24,000 nucleotides of DNA from Terriglobia bacterium (GTDB lineage Bacteria; Acidobacteriota; Terriglobia; Bryobacterales; Bryobacteraceae), in contig CAWGKI010000019.1 in assembly GCA_963823095.1 (NCBI GenBank), forward strand, positions 309,705 to 333,704, written 5' to 3'. Within the stretch, counting starts at the first letter, position 1. Every line of letters begins with the position of its first letter. The notes below the pieces were generated by a model. The model was not told where the DNA came from and did no database searches. It was given only the letters and a program-made list of their open reading frames with translations. The position numbers and the translations under genes are program-made. Positions 17,773 to 24,000 of this stretch are shown here, piece after piece.

Positions 17773-18135
17773 TTAAATCGGCAGTAACCGAATTCTGTTC
17801 CGGTTCAGGTCTACGGTGACCAATGCGCCGGTTTCCAGGTGGGAGCGGCTGGCGTGCAACGCGCGAACGACAATCTCGCCGATCGCCGATGGAAGAACGT
17901 CCTGGGTACGGACTTGGATCACGCTCGGCCGGCGCAACTTCCGAGTTGCGAGGAGCGCGCCAAAATCCAGATCGTGAGTGAAGATCACCAGCCCGTTTGC
18001 ACTGGCGTAGTCCAGTATTTCGGTGTCTGGCGCGGATGGCTGACCGATCTCAGACCAGTGCGTACTGTCGAAACCGGCATCGGCCAGGAACTGGACCCAA
18101 AGCGGGCTCAAATTCATGTCGATCAGGAGTTTCAT
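17773..18135 (-). CDS. DUF5615 family PIN-like protein
   Basis: 120 aa: MKLLIDMNLSPLWVQFLADAGFDSTHWSEIG...DTEILDYASANGLVIFTHDLDFGALL. There is a 4-nt overlap with the upstream DUF433 gene. Confidence 0.75.
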   Translation of the reverse strand: MKLLIDMNLSPLWVQFLADAGFDSTHWSEIGQPSAPDTEILDYASANGLVIFTHDLDFGALLATRKLRRPSVIQVRTQDVLPSAIGEIVVRALHASRSHLETGALVTVDLNRNRIRLLPI

Positions 18136-18359
18136 GCCGCAGGTAGGGGGACTTCAAACTCCTCGACTCGCCAGGCGGCGTAGGCAAGCGCCTGTCGAAT
18201 GTCCTCTTCTTCAAGGTAAGGGTATGCGGCGAGAATCTCAGAGTTGGATCGCCCCGAGGCGACGAGCCCGACAATCGTCCCCACCGTGACACGCATTCCG
18301 CGCACGCAGGGCTTGCCGCCCATCACTTCCGGGTTTCGCGTGATTCGATCAAGCACCAT
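18132..18359 (-). CDS. DUF433 domain protein (putative antitoxin of the PIN-like protein)
   Basis: 75 aa: ITRNPEVMGGKPCVRGMRVTVGTIVGLVASGRSNSEILAAYPYLEEEDIRQALAYA is the typical DUF433 pattern. Confidence 0.8.
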   Translation of the reverse strand: MVLDRITRNPEVMGGKPCVRGMRVTVGTIVGLVASGRSNSEILAAYPYLEEEDIRQALAYAAWRVEEFEVPLPAA

Positions 18360-18509
18360 GGCAAGTACAGCTAATTCTACCTCGTGGCGATTGATACCGG
18401 GTGCCTCACCCGCCCTTAAGCAATTACATCCCCACGCGGCGCCCGGTCAACAAGGACGTGGGTTCTCATCGTGAACGACAACACCCCCTCGATCCGCGGG
18501 CAACCAGCA

Positions 18510-19188
18510 TTATCGAAGCAGCCTCAATCCCACTACGAACAGCACACAAACGGCCCAGCCAGAAATCAGCGCAACTAGCCCCCAGGCACGCTTCCTCGGC
18601 AGCCGCCACCACATGTAGTAGCTACCGAAAATCATGACCAGCAGACCAGCCGCGACTGCATCCATCGACAGCGCCCAAATGCTGGTCAGAATCCAGTCCC
18701 GCTGGTTCCGGGAATCGCCGGCCCGGACGCCGGTGAACGTGTGCAGGATGCGCATCACGCCCCAAGCGTTTACGTCGATGCGCTGCACCTTGACTCGCTC
18801 TTGAACCAGGTCCGTTTTGATTTCAAACATGTGGCCCGGACGGCTCGCCCGGAAATTGAGTTGGCCAGAATCGTCCTGCGCCGACGTCCACTCGATCTCG
18901 CCCGCGATACCGAGCTGCGCCAGGATGTTCTGCGCGCGAGCGAGGTCGGAGCCCGCAGGCGGACGGCTGATTTTGCTGTTCGAAGGTCGTTTGCTTTCGT
19001 GCCGGCCAGAAGTCGGCAAAGGTCCACTTCGGGTGATTCAGCAGAAGGCCCGTGAAGGCGAACAGCCAGATGAAGAAGAGCAGGAAGAGGCCGATGTAGA
19101 AATGCAGCCTGCGATTCCATGTTTCAAAGCCCTCCGCGGCTCGCGCAGGCAGAGGCTTCTCCGGGAGGTTGTTAACCGGCGATTGCAT
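18510..19188 (-). CDS. PepSY-associated TM-helix membrane protein, reading frame broken once near 18965-18980
   Basis: The N-terminal part MQSPVNNLPEK...WNRRLHFYIGLFLLFFIWLFAFTGLLLNHPKWTFADFWPARKQTTFEQQ is in ORF 18823..19239. The continuation ISRPPAGSDLARAQNILAQLGIAGEIEW...MWWRLPRKRAWGLVALISGW is in ORF 18510..19019. The frames join at the t-run 18971-18974. Total length is 679 nt, i.e. 226 codons plus 1 nt. Confidence 0.7.
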
Positions 19189-19804
19189 AGAGCACCCCGA
19201 AGAAGCTGAACGCGCCGGCCGCCAGGAGGACAATTCCAATCCGCCTTTCCGATCGCAACACGAACCACAGGTAGATCCCGCTCATCGTTATGAAGAACAA
19301 GAGGTAGCAGGTGCCATCGGCCAGCCACTTCCAAACAATCGCGGGATACCAGTTCATGCGGATGTCGGCCAGGTGCGGGCCGGGGGACTTGTGGAGCAGG
19401 ATGAAGGCGTCCACGAGCCCCGTCTTGCGTTCCGTGACCGTTGCGGTGCGCGTGGACAGGTCGAGATCGAGGATGGTCTCCCGCCCCGGTACGCTCACAG
19501 GGATGCTGAGTTCGCGTTTCTTTGGGGAGTATGAGATGAACCCGATCTCCCCGCGGATATGGGCCTGATCGAGCAGAGTACGCACCGCATCCACTCTGGC
19601 TCGTCCGGAAAGGCTCTCGATGCCCGCGGGGATTTGGAGATTCTCAACCTGTCTGGAGAGACGAGCCACCGAGCCTGGGGGAGCGGCGCCCGGCGGGTGA
19701 ACCAGCGCAAACACGCTGATGGCGAACACGACCACGAACGGGCTGATAAACAGACCCGCGTACAGATGCAGGTCGCGCGTGACGAGATAGAAGCGTTTAC
19801 TCAT
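19172..19804 (-). CDS. PepSY-associated TM-helix membrane protein (paralog of the downstream gene)
   Basis: 210 aa: MSKRFYLVTRDLHLYAGLFISPFVVVFAISVFALVHP...TLLDQAHIRGEIGFIS...WYPAIVWKWLADGTCYLLFFITMSGIYLW. Same architecture as 18510..19188. Confidence 0.7.
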   Translation of the reverse strand: MSKRFYLVTRDLHLYAGLFISPFVVVFAISVFALVHPPGAAPPGSVARLSRQVENLQIPAGIESLSGRARVDAVRTLLDQAHIRGEIGFISYSPKKRELSIPVSVPGRETILDLDLSTRTATVTERKTGLVDAFILLHKSPGPHLADIRMNWYPAIVWKWLADGTCYLLFFITMSGIYLWFVLRSERRIGIVLLAAGAFSFFGVLYAIAG

Positions 19805-19867
19805 ACTGCACTTGAGGACCTCGCAGGAATCGGCGCCATACGATTTTCAACGCGCGGGCGACTGGAT

Positions 19868-20878
19868 CTAAGATTCGATGTGCCGCTTCACCGCGTCGGT
19901 GAACTGGCGCGTGGTCGCCCTGCCTCCCAGATCCCGCGTCAGCACGTCGCCTTGACGGAAGGCGGCCATGATCGCCTTCTGCAGCCGGTTGGCGGCCTCG
20001 CCCTCGCCCAGATGGCGCAGCATCAGGATGGAAGAAGACATCAGCGCCGTAGGATTTGCGACACCCTTTCCCGCAATGTCGGGCGCCGATCCGTGCACGG
20101 CTTCGAACACCGCGCACTTCTCGCCCATATTCGCTCCGGGGACTACGCCTAAACCGCCGACGAGCCCGGCGGCCAGATCCGACACGATGTCGCCATACAG
20201 GTTCGGCAGCAGCAGGACGTCGAACGTTTCGGGCCGCATCACGAGTTGCATCGACGCGTTGTCCACGATCAGTTCGTTGTACGCGATGTCGGGGTAATTG
20301 GCGGCAACTTCCCGGCAGCAGCGGATGAACAGGCCATCCGACAGCTTCATGATGTTGGCCTTGTGGACGGCCGTGATCTTCTTGCGGTTGTTTTTCTTTG
20401 AGTAGGCGAAGGCATAGTTCGCGATGCGCATGGAGGCGTAGCGCGTGATGATCTTCAGGCTCTCGACGACGTCCTTGATGATCTCGTGCTCCAGGCCGGA
20501 GTACAGGTCTTCCGTGTTTTCGCGGAAGATGACCATGTCGATATTGACGTCCTGAAAGCGTGTTTTCAGGCCCGGCAACGTGAACACCGGACGCACGTTG
20601 GCAAACAGATCGAGCTGCTTCCGGATGGCCACGTTCACGCTCTTGAAGCCGCCCGCGATGGGCGTGGTGACCGGTCCTTTTAGCGCCACGCCAGTGCGTT
20701 CGACCGATTCGAGAACATGCGGTGGCAGCGATACGCCGGCCTGCTCGATGATGGCTGCGCTCAACTCCACGCGCTCCCATTCGATCGGCACGCCGAGCGC
20801 GCTGAGGACTTCAACGGTCGCATCGGCCACCTCGGGCCCAATGCCGTCGCCGGGGATGAGGGTGATCTTGTATGCCAC
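19868..20878 (-). CDS. icd: isocitrate dehydrogenase, NAD-dependent type (isocitrate/isopropylmalate dehydrogenase family)
   Basis: 336 aa from GTG 20878: (M)AYKITLIPGDGIGPEV...KSVNVAIRKQLDLFANVRP...FRENTEDLYSG...LPNLYGDIVSDLAAGLVGGLG...EAVHGSAPDIAGKG. The 417-aa extended ORF would leave no promoter space before the divergent purH. Confidence 0.85.
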   Translation of the reverse strand: MAYKITLIPGDGIGPEVADATVEVLSALGVPIEWERVELSAAIIEQAGVSLPPHVLESVERTGVALKGPVTTPIAGGFKSVNVAIRKQLDLFANVRPVFTLPGLKTRFQDVNIDMVIFRENTEDLYSGLEHEIIKDVVESLKIITRYASMRIANYAFAYSKKNNRKKITAVHKANIMKLSDGLFIRCCREVAANYPDIAYNELIVDNASMQLVMRPETFDVLLLPNLYGDIVSDLAAGLVGGLGVVPGANMGEKCAVFEAVHGSAPDIAGKGVANPTALMSSSILMLRHLGEGEAANRLQKAIMAAFRQGDVLTRDLGGRATTRQFTDAVKRHIES

Positions 20879-20957
20879 GGTTTCATCGTAACGCGCGGCG
20901 CAATCTGGAACACTTCCGTGCGAGCCTCCGGCCGCGACGTGTGAAAATGAGAATTCC

Positions 20958-22517
<1,560 letters not shown>

Positions 22518-22554
22518 AGATCTGTCAGAAAACAACCATTTCAGCGGACCTAAG

Positions 22555-22658
22555 TGGGGCGGACTTTAGTCCGCGTGGGACTTCAGTCCCGCTTCTGAAG
22601 TTTCCCCAAATGCACACAATCGGGACTGAAGTCCCGCGCGGGTTGAAACCCGCCCCAC
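22555..22658. repeat. REP-like compound hairpin element (family C); probable bidirectional terminator
   Basis: gtggggcggactttagtccgcgtgggacttcagtcccgc (left) versus gcgggactgaagtcccgcgcgggttgaaacccgccccac (right). Each arm contains its own short hairpins (gcggac-ttta-gtccgc, gggac-ttca-gtccc, gcgggt-tgaa-acccgc). Located between the convergent purH and ATP-grasp gene. Confidence 0.7.
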
Positions 22659-22684
22659 GTCTGGAGCGCCGCCCTACTCTCACT

Positions 22685-23596
22685 TCACCGCCGCGCCCAT
22701 CGCAGGGCGTCTAATCTGCGTTCCAGATAATCGACGAAACGTGAGGTCGGATTGAAGCCGACGACGGTTTCCGCGTTGGCGATGAAGTTCGACAGCGCGT
22801 TGATGTCGTAAAACAGCGGCTCGCCTGTAGCGGCATCTTCCAGGTATTCCACGCCTCCGACGTCCAGCCGCGAGGCGCGCGCCAGCGATAGCGCCGCGGT
22901 GACGATCTCCTGCGATGGCTCGAAGCGCTCCACTTTGTGCGGGGTTAATCCACAGACGTCCGCGGGGCAGAGATTGAACGACTTCGCCTCGATCCGGATG
23001 GCGTACAGCACCTCGCCGCCGAGGACTTCCACTCGTTGAATGAAGCCTCCGCGCGGGGCGTGATACTCCTGCACCAGCGCAACGTTGTCTGCGCCGAAAT
23101 CGATCTGCGCGGCGGCCCGTTCGAGATCGCCGAGGGAATCGAAGCGCTGCATGGCGCTCCCCGCGCCTCCGCAGTTCGGCTTCACCATGATCGGGAAGCG
23201 CAGGCCGGCCGCGGCGCCAGCTAGCAGCTTCGGGCAATTGACGGCGCGCGTGCGTGGGGCGGCGACCCCACAGCGGCGGAAGACCTCCAATTGGCGCAGT
23301 TTCGAGATTTCGACTTCGTAAGCCGCCGTACCGTTGATGACTTCGACGCGCCGCGCCTCCAGCAAGCGCAGCATTTCCAGCACCGCGAATTGCCCGCAGC
23401 CGTGCTCGCGCCAGCGGGCCGATGGACTCATGCGGTTCAGAACAAGGTCGGGCCACTCGTCGCGTTCGGGGTTCAGCGTCAGTGACTCGGCCTTCCACTC
23501 TTCAAACGCGATGCCGCGCGCGCGCAGTTCGGCAAAGATGCATTCAAACCAGCGCGGGTGTTCGTAGAGGATGGCAAGTCGAGGAGTCACAGGCAC
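22685..23596 (-). CDS. ATP-grasp domain protein (RimK-like ligase family)
   Basis: PRLAILYEHPRWFECIFAELRARGIAFE...FPIMVKPNCGGAGSAMQRF...ALVQEYHAPRGGFIQRVEVLGGEVLYAIRI...VGGVEYLEDAATGEPLFYDINALSNF. The start is uncertain: GTG 23596 or 23590 is proposed, and the ORF is open up to 23671. Confidence 0.7.
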   Translation of the reverse strand: MPVTPRLAILYEHPRWFECIFAELRARGIAFEEWKAESLTLNPERDEWPDLVLNRMSPSARWREHGCGQFAVLEMLRLLEARRVEVINGTAAYEVEISKLRQLEVFRRCGVAAPRTRAVNCPKLLAGAAAGLRFPIMVKPNCGGAGSAMQRFDSLGDLERAAAQIDFGADNVALVQEYHAPRGGFIQRVEVLGGEVLYAIRIEAKSFNLCPADVCGLTPHKVERFEPSQEIVTAALSLARASRLDVGGVEYLEDAATGEPLFYDINALSNFIANAETVVGFNPTSRFVDYLERRLDALRWARR

Positions 23597-23690
23597 TGTT
23601 TCTATTGTGCCTTGCCTGGGCACAGGCCGGAGCGTGAATGCCTCCTTGGCCCCGACCTTCCAAAGGAACAAACCCCGGTCCCGGACTAAT

Positions 23691-24000
23691 TCAACGCGCG
23701 CCTTCCTGGTATAACCCGATCACGTTTCCCGCCGGGTCGCGGAACCCGGCGATCCATTCGCCGCCTGGAGAGTCGAGTTGCTTTGCCTCGATGATCTCGC
23801 CGCCGTGGGCGGGAACCCGAGCCAGAGTGGCGTCAATGCTGTCCACCCAGATATAGGGCAGCAAGCCCGGTTCCTTGGAGATTGCGCGGCCAGTGACCCA
23901 GGCGCCGCTTACGATCCCCGAGGCGTCATCGAAGCTGGGATGATTGCTCTCGCGATGCCGGATGTTCCAGCCGAAGACCTTCTCGTAGAAAGCAATCGAC
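23691..24000 (-). CDS. VOC (glyoxalase/bleomycin-resistance) family protein, 5'-partial at the window edge
   Basis: Minus-strand translation ..SIAFYEKVFGWNIRHRESNHPSFDDASGIVSGAWVTG...PYIWVDSIDATLARVPAHGGEIIEAKQLDSPGGEWIAGFRDPAGNVIGLYQEGAR*, with the stop at 23691-23693. The ORF continues past base 24000. Confidence 0.7.
   Translation of the reverse strand, partial: SIAFYEKVFGWNIRHRESNHPSFDDASGIVSGAWVTGRAISKEPGLLPYIWVDSIDATLARVPAHGGEIIEAKQLDSPGGEWIAGFRDPAGNVIGLYQEGAR

Larger units (their letters stand above)
9983..19867. mobile_element. accessory interval between convergent arsS and icd; putative multi-event accretion island with no recognisable recombinase
   Basis: The interval is bounded by the stop codons of two convergent housekeeping genes. 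It contains direct extra copies of the arsS 3' end (10797-10991, 12815-13129) and of the icd 3' end (15903-16013). The cargo is small TA-like modules plus a lower-GC segment (13130-14600). Confidence 0.55.

Noticed and set aside
20879-20957. A ZTP (pfl) riboswitch upstream of purH
   Set aside because: The gap is only 79 nt, and the conserved ZTP pseudoknot elements as I recall them (a ccgcctgggc-type string) are absent.

Overview
High-GC (about 60-65% by eye) bacterial chromosomal window. The gene content and hairpin-repeat style suggest Acidobacteriota, but that is a tentative guess. LEFT (1-9982): a membrane protein, nadC, valS, a hybrid sensor kinase/response regulator and an M24 peptidase. 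Next comes a 5.5-copy tandem array of a ~125-bp hairpin-forming unit, then an arsenosugar-type gene pair (AhpD-like protein + radical-SAM ArsS). RIGHT (19868-24000): NAD-type isocitrate dehydrogenase (icd), purH, an ATP-grasp protein and a partial VOC protein. MIDDLE (9983-19867): about 9.9 kb of accessory DNA lies between the convergent arsS (ends 9982) and icd (ends 19868). It is built from small modules: six toxin-antitoxin-like pairs, a TlpA redoxin, a visibly lower-GC cassette with a Cys-rich secreted protein, and two PepSY-type membrane proteins. Two extra, diverged but ORF-preserving copies of the arsS 3' end and one extra copy of the icd 3' end punctuate this interval. One arsS copy shows a clear recombination junction: 67/68 nt identical to the intact gene, then 17/127 mismatches. 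I recognise no integrase or transposase anywhere in the window. My main candidate for something undescribed is therefore repeated, 3'-end-regenerating cassette insertion at two facing housekeeping genes. Three of the six toxins are inactivated (in-frame TAG, in-frame TAA, serial frameshifts). Caveat: valS, nadC, the M24 peptidase and one PepSY gene each carry a single-nt frame disruption, two of them in A/T runs. valS is essential, so assembly indel errors are likely and pseudogene calls need read-level confirmation. All alignments and counts here were done by eye and are approximate.
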